Source of the DNA: Eledone cirrhosa
Taxonomy: Eukaryota
Direction: 5' to 3'
Assembly (NCBI GenBank): GCA_964016885.1
Contig: OZ024741.1
Location: forward strand, 362,452,001-362,516,000
Length of the DNA: 64,000 nucleotides
Part shown: in pieces, positions 47,341 through 62,640 of the stretch
Position numbering within the stretch: position 1 is the stretch's first letter
Layout: the number at the start of each line of letters is the position of its first letter
Notes under the pieces: generated by a model
The model's database searches: none
Told to the model about the DNA's origin: nothing
What the model saw: only the letters and a program-made list of their open reading frames with translations
Translations under genes and position numbers: made by a program

Positions 47341-48297
47341 ACTAGACATGAAAAATGTGCAAGCTCAAAAGTGCCACAGAATGTTATAATAAACCTTCAA
47401 AAGTGTGGGACTAGAGTTGTTGCTAAAAAATATTGTAATCATTATATATCGTACATTCTGTGGCATCCTTTATAAAAATAGCTTAAACCAACGAAGCCTT
47501 TATTTTTACGCTATTTCACTTAGTTAATTCTTAGAGTGTAACATATAAAAATATGATTTACAACTATAAAATAAATTAATTAATATAATAACAGAGCTGC
47601 GGAGCTGAAATTTAGGAAATAATGGAGTATCGGATCCTGAGTTGGAGCCAGTCAATTTTTAGCCGACTCCGCAGCCCTGTATAATACATTTCATATTAAA
47701 GTTATTAATAAACCTATTTTACACTGCATGCAAATTACCATGAGATATTGATATTAGATATAAGATACAGCGCAATATCTACAGCTGTAAAAGTACGAAA
47801 GCGAAGTAATAATAAGTGGCTTAAGGTAATTCCAATATGAAAGTTTGTAGTGATAAAAATTTGATAATGCAATACGATTGTTAATATTATAGTTCTATGA
47901 AAATGTAACAATAGATAACTAAATTATTTTACTATTAGTATATTTAAGAAATTATCATTATAGATTTGATCGTTCATATAAGCATCATATTAATTTTCAA
48001 CACAATTATTTTGTTACTATGAGTATATGATAATAATATTACGTAATTATTTATAGCTGTTATTACATTAAACATATATGTATTTATTTTTATATGTTAC
48101 ACTCTAAGAATTAACTAAGTGAAATAGCGTAAAAATAAAGGCTTCGTTGGTTTAAGCTATTTTTATAAAGGATGCCACAGAATGTACGATATATAATGAT
48201 TACAATATTTTTTAGCAACAACTCTAGTCTCACACTTTTGAAGGTTTATTATAACATTCTGTGGCACTTTTGAGCTTGCACATTTTTCATGTCTAGT
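47341..48297. mobile_element. MITE/foldback-like element with terminal inverted repeats of about 210 bp
   Basis: 47341-47553 is reverse-complementary to 48085-48297; AT-rich non-coding interior. Confidence 0.75.
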
Positions 48298-49529
48298 TTA
48301 ATATTTTTTTAAGGCAACGCTTGTAATAACTCTAGTTAAACAGGATATATATTAATAATAAATTATCGTTGTAATGTAATTAGATTATGTAATTGTTATT
48401 ATAAATTATCTTATAAATATTAGTGTAAGATGTATAAAAATATTTTCAGACTTTTAATATAAACAACTACAAAAAACAATCAATATTAAATCAATATATT
48501 ATACATAATAGAAGACATAAAATAAACAATACAAATACAAAATATTTACATACAATTGCAATTATCAGTGTATATACATTTTCTTTATATTCCCTGAGCA
48601 AATTAATAAGATTTGTTTTTATTGTACATAATTTGATGACTTGTTGGTGTGTATTAAAAGATAGCAACAATTTGTGATTAAATTGTTATCTTAAGCAACT
48701 CACTTTTTAATAGTTGTTGGCTGAGCGAAATTGTAAAAGCCTATGAGCAAATATAAAAAAAAATACACAAACAACATTTCCTTGTGTTATTACAAGATTA
48801 GATAAAATAATTGAGCAATGTCGTTATATTTTGCTCTTATTGCACATTAATAGTGTTTCTATTTTTCGGCACAAATCCATTACGGCAGTCCATTACTGGT
48901 ACTTTATTTTATCGAATTAGTAAGTATGAAAGTCGAAGTTAACCTCGGCAGGATTTGAACTTAGAATGCAAAGGACCATAACAATACTGCAAAGCATGGT
49001 GTCTGACGCTCTACCAATACTTGTGTTGAGCTGGTCATTAATTGATGGTGGTCGTGCGTGGAGTAGAGCAATCGCTAGTTGAAATATTATGAACAAAACA
49101 TTTTTATTTGCCGAAGAACATATTTTCAATACTGTTTGTGAATGTGACGAAGGAAATACATTCTGATATGGAACAGTGTACAAAGTGTGTCTGTGAATAA
49201 CATAATGTTACCTCATGTTGTTGTCAAGACATAATGGATTTCGTTTATCCAGTTAGAAGATGAAACCTAGCCATCTCGGATTAGTTATATTTCATGCCAT
49301 GTGTAAACGTGTTTGAGGATAGCAAAATATGCGTGTTTCTTGTCTGGAAACTTTCTGCTAAACAAATTTGTTTCAGTATATATTTAATATAATATTAATA
49401 TATTTTGTAATATTATTAACTAATTATTATAATTAGCGCTTCAGGCTTTGTCTATATACTGAAAAAAATTTGTAAGTCATTACCTAATTAAACTCTTTGC
49501 TTGAAATTTTATCATTCTTCGTTTATATG

Positions 49530-49633
<104 letters not shown>

Positions 49634-51869
49634 TCTAGTCCTTCGCTCAAGATTAATCTATAAGTTTAGATGTCTGCCTTCGTTTAAGTAAATATTACAG
49701 TAAGATTTTTAATATAAACAACTACAAAAAACAATTAATATTAAAACGAAAAAATTATCAATGATAAAAGAAGCGGATGCAACTTTTTTTTTTATAAAGT
49801 TATATTCCTGTTTCTTTAAAGAACATTTCATTTTTGTTCTATTGTAGGCGAAATAATGCAATGGTTTAATAGGGAAGATATAACTTACCAATTATGTCTC
49901 TAACCGTGTAACGCTTTTTAAGTAGATAACTACAATGGAAAATACTAAAGAAATGGAACCAACAATTCAATTTGAAAGTCGTCTACTTATAGTGACAGTG
50001 TATTACTGGTACTTTATTTTATCGACCCCGTAACGATGAAATGCAAATGCTTAAAATTTAAATTGCCTTAATTCTATCGTCTGCTGTTTCATTAAAGGGA
50101 GATTCTCGTCTGTATTTAATTCTATCGTCTACTGTTCCACTAAACAGATATACCTCCACTATCGTCTCGATTTATACATTTTAACTTATAACTTATACAC
50201 ATTTGATTTGAAATATTTTATCTAGTCCCCCCTCTCAATATTATGATGATTTCTTTCGAATGAAACAGTTCTAGTCCTGTAGAAGCCATTTATATATATA
50301 ATTGAACTGAGTTAAAAATTCACAATATTTATAATTAAATAAGCTCATATATATATGTGTGTATTTATCTGTTTATTGTATTATATATAATGTGTGTATA
50401 TACAGGATGTCCCCCAAAAATATATACACACTTCAACAGCATTCTAATAACTATTGCCTGTACAGGTAATCAAAGTGTCAATCGAATGTTAGTTTCGTGT
50501 TTTAACAGTACAAATTTACAATACACACATAACACACATAAAACCAGTGTATATACATACATGAGTGTGTATACACATACATGAATGTGTATATACAATA
50601 TATATGTATATATATATAGACACATATATTCACGGTGCAACGGAACATTAAAATATAGATGCGGGAGGGGGGGTGTATATATAGGGGCGCTGGGGATAAA
50701 GGAGTGTAAAGCGTGTGTAATTGATGTATTGAAGGAGAGGAGCGTGCAGCGATAGAGTAACAAATATATAGAGAGGGGGAGAGATGGTATTGAAGGGGAG
50801 GAGTGCAAAGCGAAAGAGTAAGAGAGATATATATAAAGACGGAACAGATAGAGAGAAACAGGCGTAAGTAACAGTGGAAGAGATATATAGAGAGGGGGAA
50901 ATGTGTTATTGAAGGGGAGGAGTGTAAAGCGAAAGCGTAAGATATATATAGAGAGAGGGGGAATAGTATATATATATATCAACACTTACTCTGATTGGTT
51001 GAAAATTAGCCAATGACATACGATCACCACCACCACGGCTATCCCCGAAAAATTTATGAAGAAGCTAGGCATATATGTTAGAACACGAAAAGTGAACATT
51101 CTGTTGTTTCACACTTTTCGTGTTCTAACAGATACACACACACACTGAGCGCGTCATAATGACGTAATGCAGACAGCCAGACATACAGACAGATATTATA
51201 AGGGCGCAACGTTATATCTATGTATCTATCTAAAAAGAAAGACTAAGAATTATATAGAGAGAACGCTAAATCGCCTAATGCGGTCCCTAGGGCATTGAAA
51301 ATTTGAAATAATTTTTGCTCAAAACACTCACAGGATCATAAGTATTACATGTCTAAAGTTTGAAAACAATCGGTTGGATGGTTCTCAAGTTTTAGTGAGC
51401 TGACAGACATACAGACATTCTCTGTTTTAGATATATAGACTAGCAGAAAACCGCCCCCGTGTGGTTTTCTGCTAGTCTCCTTATAATATATAACCAGCAA
51501 TTTCTCTGTCTGTCTGTCCGACAGTGGAAACACGTGCGCGCGTGGTTGCTATCTCTCTCTCTCTCCAGCTATCCCTCTCTTTTAGTCTGTCTGTTTCTCT
51601 CACTCTTTCTCTTTGTAATACACTAACATTCCTCCCCTCTATCGCTGTGACGAATGGGGAGATGGAGGAGGAGGAGGGGGAGGAGGAGAGAGTCACTTCG
51701 TCACTTCACCTCTGCCTTTCTTTCTCTCCCCTCTCACTCCCTCATTACGTACAGACATTAGGGCAGTGGATTGGCAGAATATGTAGAGAGTCGGACACCA
51801 TGCTTCATAGCATGGGGTTACGTCCCTTTACGGTCTGAGTTCAAATACCGCCGAGGTTAACTTCACCTA

Positions 51870-53306
51870 TTTTGGCTCCACTTCCACCTCCTTTAAAGCT
51901 CGTCTTTATAATCATCATTCGTCTTTTAAATATAAACTTAAAAGAACCAACATGGCTCTCTCAGAACTCATATGGTCCTTGAAAGACAAAAATATTAAAT
52001 ATAACATCTCTTGGAAAAAGGTTTCCTCTGCTTCTCCATACTTGAACAGTTCTCTATCCAAGACTTGCAATCTCTGTCTAAATGAAAAATTTACCATTAT
52101 ATCTAATTTTGATTCTATAATAAATAGACGCACTGACTTGTTTTCTATCTGCTTGCATAAATTCCACAGAACTTTCCATAAAGTATACAGCTAATATCCT
52201 AAACTTTATCAATTCAGAATCCTTTTCTCAAAGGCACATATATATATATATATACTTCTTTAAAAATATACCCATCTTTCTACCTTATTTCAAAGTTATT
52301 TATTATATTCTATATCACTCCTATTCATCACTTCCCTTTCTTCCTTTTCCTTTTCTTTTCTTTTTCTTTTAATTTCTAACCCCTAATCTGTACCTTTTCT
52401 CACTGTGCCTAACATAGAAACAATTATTACACAATACACTATATTCTTACTTTATATCACCTTGAAAAAATCCTTCGTAAACATAAACATTTTTTTTGAC
52501 GTTAGATTATTCATCCTCTATTCATTATTTTTTTCTCACTTTCATCTAACTTATTCATGCTCATCTCACAATATATCCTTACTTACATTACTTTTGTTTT
52601 TTTTAATAATACATATCAACATTTTCTTTCCATCGCACATATTATTCTTAATACATATTAACATTTTCTTTCCATCGCACATATTATTAAACCCTTAAAT
52701 ATTATTCTTAATACATATTAGCAATTTCTTTTCATCGCACATATTATTAAACCCTTCAATATACAAACCTTAACTTTACATTGTTTTTCTCTTCGTTAAT
52801 TTTCAAATTCTTTTAATTTATACATTATCTTCCAACGGTTTTTCAACCTCTCTATGTAAAACAATATATTTTTCTCAGTTATAAAAGCTATCTCTCTCTC
52901 TCTATCACCCATCTCTCCTCCTATCTCATCCTTCCTCATTATACTCCTCCTCCTCCACTTTTTACTCTCATCTTTTTCATCCTTTCCAACCTCCCCTCCC
53001 CCCCCTCAAAAAATGTTCGCCAATATCACACATCAATCTAAAACTACTTTTCATATGTTGATTTAAAACTGCACTATCCACAAGTGTTTTTAACCTTCAT
53101 ATCATGTCCTCCTATTTTATCTGATGAAAACACAAATGTTATTGCATGATGATATTTGTTTTTGAAATGCGCATAATAAAATACATGGAACTCATTTAAC
53201 CATCTTTTGATCTTATATATTATGTATACTCCAGTCCTACAAACTGTAGAGTGCTTCTTATCCGATATCTGCATTGCTTTATTGTACTACAATAAAACTC
53301 ACCTCC

Positions 53307-53310
<4 letters not shown>
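51870..53310 (+). mobile_element. 5'-truncated Naiad-type PLE (GIY-YIG C-terminus plus 3' UTR)
   Basis: RLYNHHSSF...ALSELIWSLK...SWK...CNLCLNEK...SICLH; ends in a hammerhead and (TA)n. Confidence 0.85.
53113..53183 (+). ncRNA. Type I hammerhead ribozyme
   Basis: tattttat CTGATGA aaac-acaaatgtt...gatatttgt-tttt GAAA TGCGCA TA|ataaaata; palindromic stem III ATGCGCAT. Confidence 0.82.
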
Positions 53311-53385
<75 letters not shown>

Positions 53386-54187
53386 CGCCATTACCATTGC
53401 CGCTCTGATAAACACTCCTTTTTTTTACTCTTTCCCCATCCATGTAACATATGTGTACATAAGCATATTAATATTATGGGTAGTTTATATAACTAAATAT
53501 AACTAACCCTTTTGTAGAAGGTTATACTATGTAGATACTCAATGTTGACATTACAGTTGCAAATACAATCAGAAAGATTTCAAAAGATGTTTGGCTGATC
53601 TATTGACAAGACAAACAGGAGTCCTTACCGTCAACAATATCCACACGCCATACCAAACCAACAAAGGAACTTCTATATTGTTACTCAACCTGCTAGACAT
53701 AACAACTTGAGCTCCCTAAAATAATTTTCCACTCTCTTAAAAAAAGTAAAAACATATTAGAAAATGTTATCTCGGATCACACCGCTCGAAAACAAAAAAA
53801 AAACGAGATGGTCACACAGTTTGAACGCGTTTAATTACACGTCTGTTCAATCAAGGTTGATCTCGAACTAAACAACAACCAAGCCATATCCTACAAATTT
53901 AATATAAAAAACTAGACGCCCCGTGACCCGTAGGATCACGTTCACTTATAAATAATAATAATTGTTTCTACTTTAGGCACAAGGCCAGCAAGTACTCAGT
54001 ACATTACTGGTATTTTATTTATCGACCCCGTAAGGATGAAAGGCAGAGTTAACCTCGGCGGGATTTGAACTCAGACTGTAAAGGGACGTAACTATGCTAG
54101 AAAGCATGGCGTCTAACCCTCTACCGATACTGCCATTATTATAATTAAAATATACACAGACATGTATATAATGTAAAATGAAATTGT

Positions 54188-55115
54188 CTGTGTAAAGAAA
54201 GCTAAAATATAAATACTTACTGTACGAACAACTTGTATTTTCGATAAAAAAAAATTAAAATACTATCTGTCTAAAGAAAGCTAAAATATAAATACATACG
54301 GTACGAACAACTTGTATTTTCGATAAAAAAAAATTAAAATACTATCTGTCTAAAGAAAGCTAAAATATAAATACATACGGTACGAACAACTTGTATTTTC
54401 GATAAAAAAAAATTAAAATACTATCTGTCTAAAGAAAGCTAAAATATAAATACATACGGTACGAACAACTTGTATTTTCGATAAAAAAAAATTAAAATAC
54501 TATCTGTCTAAAGAAAGCTAAAATATAAATACATACGGTACGAACAACTTGTATTTTCGATAAAAAAAAATTAAAATACTATCTGTCTAAAGAAAGCTAA
54601 AATATAAATACATACGGTACGAACAACTTGTATTTTCGATAAAAAAAAATTAAAATACTATCTGTCTAAAGAAAGCTAAAATATAAATACATACGGTACG
54701 AACAACTTGTATTTTCGATAAAAAAAAATTAAAATACTATCTGTCTAAAGAAAGCTAAAATATAAATACATACGGTACGAACAACTTGTATTTTCGATAA
54801 AAAAAAATTAAAATACTATCTGTCTAAAGAAAGCTAAAATATAAATACATACGGTACGAACAACTTGTATTTTCGATAAAAAAAAATTAAAATACTATCT
54901 GTCTAAAGAAAGCTAAAATATAAATACATACGGTACGAACAACTTGTATTTTCGATTAAAAAAAATTAAAATACTATCTGTCTAAAGAAAGCTAAAATAT
55001 AAATACATACGGTACGAACAACTTGTATTTTCGATAAAAAAAAAATTAAAATATTTGTCTGTGTAAAGAAAGCTAAAATATAAATACTTACTGTACGGAC
55101 AACTTGTATTTTCGA
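54188..55115. repeat. 79-bp minisatellite, about 11-12 near-identical copies
   Basis: Unit ctgtctaaagaaagctaaaatataaatacatacggtacgaacaacttgtattttcgata(a)nttaaaatactat; diverged copies continue to about 55320. Confidence 0.95.
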
Positions 55116-55860
55116 AATCACATTCACATAAAAATATTTCTAAATAATTAAAATATTCTGTTTAACAAAAGCAAAAATATAAACATTTACTGTAAAAACA
55201 ACTCGTATTTTTTTTTTTTTTATAATTAAAATATCGTCTTTTCAATCGTCTGTTTAAAGAAAGCTGGAATATAGACACTTAAAGTACAAACAACTTGTAT
55301 TTTTGAAATCATATTCACAGACAAATCACTGGATAAAAAATGTTTATGTATTTTTTAAATCCTATTCACTTAAAAATATTTTTGAATAATGAAAATATTG
55401 TCTATGTTCGATTTACGCCAAACTTGTTTTATTCCGTTTGTATTCTCATTTCAGGGTTATTTTACTTTCGGAGTAATGTACCGTTTAGGCTATTTATGAA
55501 AGTTTGCAGGGCTATATTACTTTCGGAGTGTTTTTCCATTGTGCACCGTTTTGGCTATTTATGAAGGTACCCGGAAAAACGCCATATCTCGGGAACCCGT
55601 GCTTCGATTTACGCGAAACTTGTTTTATTCCATTTGTATTCCCATTTCAGGGGCAACTTCCTTTCAAAGTATTTTCCCATTATGCACCCTTTTGGCTGTA
55701 TTACATTACAGACAAGCAAGCAATCACAGACTTTTAGTAATATATAGATAGATACACGATGGATAGAGTGATCTTTTATTGTTAATTGTTAGTGTAATCC
55801 TTTAATGTAATCTGCAAAGATGAAACGGTGTGCGTTTGCTAGATCATATATAATTTGGTG

Positions 55861-56860
55861 TTAAACTATAACTACAGTTGCAATGTGGAACACCGCACGC
55901 CTCTGATCTTCCCGTCGCAGAACATTGGCAAACCTCCTACTCTCAGCCTCCCTGCGTGCTAAGTACACCTGACGTCTAGCTTCTCTCTTAGCGGCTGTAT
56001 ATCCTTCTCTACTCCCACCCTTTTTCCAAGCCTTCCATGCTAGTCTTTTGTCTCTAATGGCCTTATCTACTGTGCTGTTCCACCACCAGGTCACTCTCTG
56101 TCTGGTAGGAGCTCTGCTCCAGCCACAAGTTTCATCAGTAGCCTGCAGTAAGTTGTCACGTAAGAAATTCCAGTTATTATCTATGTCATACGTCTCTAAA
56201 TCGTCTTCTTTTTCGTCATACACATCTTGAAGGGCTTTCCTAAATTTGTATTTTAGTGAAAGGTCTTTTAGCTTCCAGACCTTTCTTCTCCACACCTTCC
56301 TGTATGTCTCATTCCATCTCTTGCTTACTGAGATATCACTAACGACTAACCTATGCTGTGGGGGTACATTCTTCCCCAGGGTATGCCTTGGTATTTGACA
56401 CCATCTGCCTGTCCCGCTGCCTAACTAGTAAGAAGTCAACCTGGCTTATGTGCTCGCCTGATGTGTAGGTTATTAGGTGGTTGGCAGGTTTCTGGAAGTT
56501 AGTGTTGCAAATAGTCAGTGTACTTGCATCACAAAATTCAAGAAGTCTCACTACTTCTTCAATTCTTGAGCCGTAACCGTGCCCACCATGTACCCTAGTG
56601 TAACCATCCTAGAGCTGTCCAACATGACCATTGAAGTCCCCTGCTAGCATAACGATGTCTCCGTCCTCTCTCATTGCGGTTGTTTGTAAAAGTTGCTCGT
56701 AAAAGCAGTCTTTCTCTTTTTTGCTTAGGCCTGCTTGGGGAGCATAGGCAAAGATGATTGTCAGTAGTCTCCTGCCTACAACTAATCTAAGCTTAATTAT
56801 TCGATTACTAACTCGAATTACCTCTATTGTCTTATTGATCCATCTCTCAGCCATATTTTT
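55861..56860 (-). mobile_element. RTE-clade LINE fragment (APE endonuclease and linker)
   Basis: FAYAPQAG, AGDFNGHVG, NTNFQKP..HLITYTSG..SQVDFLLVR and TWWWN; frameshifted. Confidence 0.82.
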
Positions 56861-57694
56861 GTTGTTCCTATATACTTGTTGCTGTGCTTATAATCGTTTT
56901 GGTATTGATACACTGGCTGGATGCCCTTCCTAACACCAGCGCCACTTTACAGCATGAACTGGGTGCTTTTATATGTGCTACCAGCACTAGAGAGGATGTC
57001 TTACTGGACTCATGGGCCCTCTCTACCCCTCCATTTTACAGCATGGTCATAAAAAAACACCACTTATTGACACTCACGGCACACACACTCACACACCAAC
57101 ACTCATGCATACAAACACACACGCCACTCACACACACATACATATATACATATATATATATATTACCGTCAGTACTGATACAAAATCAAAATCATGTCAA
57201 CTGTTGACTTTTTCAGTCCAGTTCAGTTTTTATATAATAATAATAATTGTTTGCTTTTTTGCTTTACAGCAAAGAGCAACGGCTCTCCATTCTCCGGGCC
57301 CCAAAACAAAGCACCAGCAATGCGCTGGGACAATCGCTGCCCCATGCCAAGAACATAATAGTTATTTAGTATAATAGTTGTTTTTAAGGCCTGATCGCTG
57401 GTGATGGTGGTGGTGGTGGATGGTATCAATGATGGTAATAGTGGTGGTGGTGGATGGTGTCAGTGATCGTGATGGTGCTGGTGGTGGATGGTGCCAGTGG
57501 TGGTGGTGGTTGTGGTGGTGTATGGTGACAGTGATGGTGGTGGTGGGGGATGATGTCAGTGATGGTGGTGGCAGTTGTTGTTGTTGTCGTTGTTGTTGTT
57601 GATGCTGCTGGTGCCGTTGTTGTTGTTCATTTCACTGAAACTGCTGCTGCAAACAATGGTGTTGTTGCTGTGTGTTGAAGTCTGGTCGCATTGA

Positions 57695-57745
<51 letters not shown>

Positions 57746-59022
57746 CTGTAGTTGCTGTTGTTGTTGTTGGCGTGTTGAAATCTGGTCGCAACGACTGAGA
57801 TATATATAATATATGATGGCTTCCCCCTCGTTATCGAGTATGGCCATTGCATGATATACCATTATTAATAATTATTAATTAATTCTATCATGCAATTCCT
57901 GTGCATGAAGATGTTTTTTAAAGTGAGGAAAGACAGTGCACTGAGCCAATCCCACTCTCTGAGCGACAGTAGCTATAACCCGAAAAGAAGAAAAGATCAA
58001 CATCATCGGTAACTACTGAGTTGCAGGTTTTATATCGGAGTTATCCCAGTTTCCTGAGATACCTTCTCCTAGAAGAATGCCCTGACAAAGGCTAGGGGTC
58101 CTTCACTCCCAGTGGTTTAACCATGCGGTACATGTGTATATACAAAAGTGTGTAAATATATATATATACATACATATATACACACACATACATATATATA
58201 TATACACACACATTCAACAAAGGAGTTAGGGGTTTCTCAACAGGTCAGACATCTTAGTGTAGATAGGGTACTTATGTGGTGGTGGTGGTGGGGAGCGAGT
58301 GTAGACGTTATTGTGGTGGTGGGAGGCAGTGAGATGTATCAAGTTCAAGTTCACTTGTCCCTTTTCCTCTCTTTTCAAAATGTGAATTTATAGCCATTTT
58401 GCAATGGGGGACAAGTAAGCGTAAAATGTAAAATTTAAATAGAGATTGCTCTGGAAAAATATATGGTATATTTCTGTAGCTTCCACAGCTTTTGTCAGAA
58501 CATTTCCCCGGAATCCAATGAGCAGAGATTTTGTTGTATTTTGATCTTTCAGAATACGAAAATTAATAAAAACTTACCCCCACGAAAAACAGTGTGTTGT
58601 CTTATCTATGAGCTCCCTGCTATACATCAATGTTTATAATTAATACAATGTTTATAATTAATAAGTTTATAATTAATAAGTAATATTTCAAAGCTTAATA
58701 TTTGATGAATTATGTGGAAGTCAAATGAGTGTACAGAAATTAGGTTGATAAAGGAAACTGTAACTCAAGGAAATTACAAAAAAAAACATATTTGAGCTTT
58801 ATTGATAAAAGTAGATATAATGAATGTAATATTTCTAACCAATTTGTTTATTTCTATAATCTAAATTTTACTATGCATATATGTAGATTTATCACACAGA
58901 TATTACCATATATCTCACTGAGGTTAGAATTATGTACTTTGGAGAAATATTATCGTCGAAGCGTTAGTATTCTGTAGAGGAATTTTAAAGTGATACCCTC
59001 AAACAGATAAGATACATGTAGC

Positions 59023-62000
59023 TTACAGTGCCACTACACGGATACTATCTTTCGCTGGGACATAGGTAATACCTGATTGTCTACCTTCCATTATCATTGG
59101 AGTTTCGTCAGGTCTTTCAATCTGAAATGTCTGCAAGATGTTCGTAAAAGTTACGAAAAGTTCAATATTGGACAGCAATATTCCAGCACATATTCTTGGA
59201 CCTACAAATATAAGATATGAATTAAAAGCCATGATATTAAATTATAAAATTGTTATTTTGTAAAACATATCAACGGAGAACCATTTAATAAATTTGAATA
59301 CTATAGACTCTTATATTTCAATCATAATATTTAATGATTATCATCATTATCATCATCATCATCACCAACATCCATTTTTCTATGCTTGCATGAGCTATAC
59401 GGGTTGTCATGTTATGAGACAAGCCTGGTCCGGAGACCAACATGCTCATACGGATCTGTATTTTGGCTTGGTTTCTACGACTGGATGCTCTTCCTAACAC
59501 CAACCACGTTATAATGTGGACTGGGTGCTTTTTATTGTGACATCAAAATGACCATCTAATGACTAATTTTAATCTTATATACCTATTTACTGAGAGACAC
59601 ATTGTACTTTCCATATTTTGGCATTGTCCTTCTGGCTGTATGCCCATCCTATCACCAACCACTTTACAGCGTGGATAGAATGTTTTGTTCGTGCCATTAG
59701 CACTAGAGAGATTGTCTGACTGGAGTCAAGGGTCCTCTCTACCCTGTATAACATTTTATTCGGAGTGACTGCTCTGCTTGACAGATTGCTTACACTACAG
59801 CTTGCCAAGTCTGTCCGTGCAATCCTATTTTATTCAGTGTCACTGCCCTCCTTGACAGGATGCCACCTTCATGGCTTACTGAACCCTCGTCTGTTCCATG
59901 CAGCCTTATTTTATTCATAGTATCTGCCCTCTCAGAACCCTCGTCTTCACCAAGCTGTCATAATTTATTCGGAGTAACCTCACTCCCACTCAGGCTTCCA
60001 CCCACTCATCTTACGGAACCCTCGTTGGCCATCCTCATCATTATTACGATCCATACGGTGAGCTGTCATTAAACATACCATAGGGGTCTGTATGGAAACC
60101 GTCCTATAGAAAGGTGGTGGTAAGGTTATATGACGCAGACGGGCAGGTTGTCAGATTTATCGTAACGAGGGAGATTTTTGAGATATTAGTTATGAACATT
60201 ATTAGCTTGACTCAGAAAATGAAATAAAGTGAAAATGAAAGACTTAGCTTAGTTTTCTTTCATGGATATTTTGATTTTCATGCAAAACTGCCCGACAAAA
60301 ATTTGAAATTAAATGAACATTGTTTGGGAAACTAAATATTGAAATGTATTTATACTGATGTTTTACAGTTTTGTCTGCTACGAGGTCAATCAACCTATTA
60401 GCAATAATAAGAAAATGTCCATGAAATTGCACCAACCTTCTTTAAAAAAAAAACTCATTAAATAATGATTAGGCACAAGGTCAACAATTTTGTAGGAGGG
60501 GAATGTCGATGAAATCAACCCTAGTGTGTTACTGGTGCTTTATTTTATCGACCCCGAAAGGATGAGAGGTTAGGCTAACCTAAATTTGAACTCAGAACGT
60601 AAAGGGCCACAACTCTATGCTGCTAAACATGTCGTCCAACACTCTACTAATTCCACCAATCCACCGCCCTTTAAGATATTAAATAATGTAGTCAGAAATG
60701 TATCTTCACCCAAAAATATTCGAGTGGTCACTACTGGATTGTCTTTTGATCATATGTCTGTTTAGTAATGAAAATATATTTATATTACTTACCCAAAGAG
60801 AAAGGCATAAAAGCCTCATTTTTTAGTAACTCATTATTTACTCCAATCCATCGTTGAGGGCGGAATTCCATTGGGCTATCCCAATAATTCGGATCATGAT
60901 GGGCATCAATTATCCTGAATGAGACAACACTCTTCGCTGGAATATCATAACCTCCCAGTGTTATGTCTTCCTCAGCAACGTGAGGAACAGTTAATGGAAC
61001 TGGTAAAAGAAGTATTATAAATATTATTAATGTTGAGATTAATAATGACTTCTACTAAAAGCACAAGGCCAGCAATTGTGGCAAGGGGAACTTAAATCGA
61101 ACCAGTACGTAACTGGTATTTCATCGAGCCCATAAAGATGAAAGGTAAACCTAATCTCGACAGGATTTGAACTCAGAACGCAAAAGGCTGTAACTCTATG
61201 CCGTGAAGCACATGTCCGACGCTCTACCGATACTGCCAATCTACTGCCCAAACGTTGAGATTAATAATTGCTTCTACTTTTGGCACAAGGCCAGCAATTA
61301 TCCCAGTGCATTACTGGTACATTATTTTATCGACCCTGTAAGGATGAATGGCAAAGTTAACCTGGGCGGGATTTTAACTCAGACCGTAAACGGGTGTAAC
61401 TCTATGCTGCAAAGCATGGTGTCCGACCAGGGTGTGATACTATTAGTTTAACGTAGTAAGTTTGGTGACGTAATACTGTAGTGTCATATATAACGTTGTT
61501 GTAAAACATGAGCCTGGCTTTATGTAACACTTGCTATAAAATATGTTTTATTCAACTCTTTGCTGTAAAAATAGGAATCTGAGCTTATGTAACGTTACGT
61601 TGAATTTGAAATTGTTTATGTAAGATTGAAGTAATTTAACATGATAGTAGTGGCATGCAGAGCTCTGGTGATGCCCGGGGAAATTCTTGGTTGTATGCCC
61701 CAAAGACTCAAGTATAAGGCCTAATATACTGAGAAATATTATGAGAAAGGAAAACATTTTGAATATATAAACACAGATGAAACATGAAATAAACGTTTTA
61801 TTCGATTTTTATATAAATCAAGCAAATTTATTAAGTTCTTTTCTTCTAATGATGCCCCCTCTAAAGCATGCCTGGGGCCAACGCACCATGCCCCCCCCCC
61901 TCCTCTGCACGCTACTGCATGATGGTGTAAACTATAGGGATTTAACTAATATAAATATATATGCCCGTTTGCTTTAAATGGATTTCCCATTTTTTACGAA

Positions 62001-62640
62001 ATATTAAACAGGCTAATATTTCCGGGTTCGAGTTCCGCTGCATGGCACCTCAGGCAAGTGTCTTCTACTATAGCCTTGAGTTGACCAATGCCTTGTGAGT
62101 GGAACTTGGTCGACAGAAACAACAGACGTCCTTCGTATAAATATATATATGTGTGTGTGTGCATATGTGTGACTGTATTTGTATGTTTGTGTGTACATGT
62201 GTGTGAGTGAGAATTTGTGTGTGTGCGTGTATGTGTGTGTGTGTGTGTGTGTAAGAGACTGAATTTAACGGTTTAACAAACAAAAAAGAAATTAATACTA
62301 AGTACTGGTGCCAATGTGATCGACTAAATCCCCTTTAAGTCGGTACTCCAGCATGACCGCTGTCTAATGACTGAAACTAGCAAAAATATGTAGCCCCTGC
62401 CTATGAAGATTTTGACACTCATATCATTAGCACACAAACATATATAAGATGTAATTGATATATTATATCTGTGAAAGTAAATACTAGGAATAGAATAGAG
62501 AATTGATATTTTACAAAACAAATTATTTCAATAGTTTAGTTACCAACGGGAGCGATTCTTTGAACCTCAAGTAGAGTTGCTGCAACATAATTCATATGTC
62601 GTTTGTCCTCCATTCTGACAGGTCTGTTCAAATCAGTGAT
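59023..62640 (-). CDS. Cytochrome P450 paralogue B, last three exons (gene continues beyond the window)
   Basis: Exons 62544-62640 (LEVQRIAPV), 60793-60999 (EFRPQRW...FMPFSL) and 59023-59201 (GPRICAG...VVAL*). Lengths 97/207/179 nt and phases are identical to gene A exons 6-8. Confidence 0.92.

Noticed and set aside
50243-50290. ATGATGA...GAAAC...GTC motif whose 3' half recurs at about 33557
   Set aside because: Core C3 is missing and stem I does not pair.
54188-55115. Regular array that could be mistaken for CRISPR
   Set aside because: Units are identical end to end with no unique spacers, the context is eukaryotic, and there are no cas genes.
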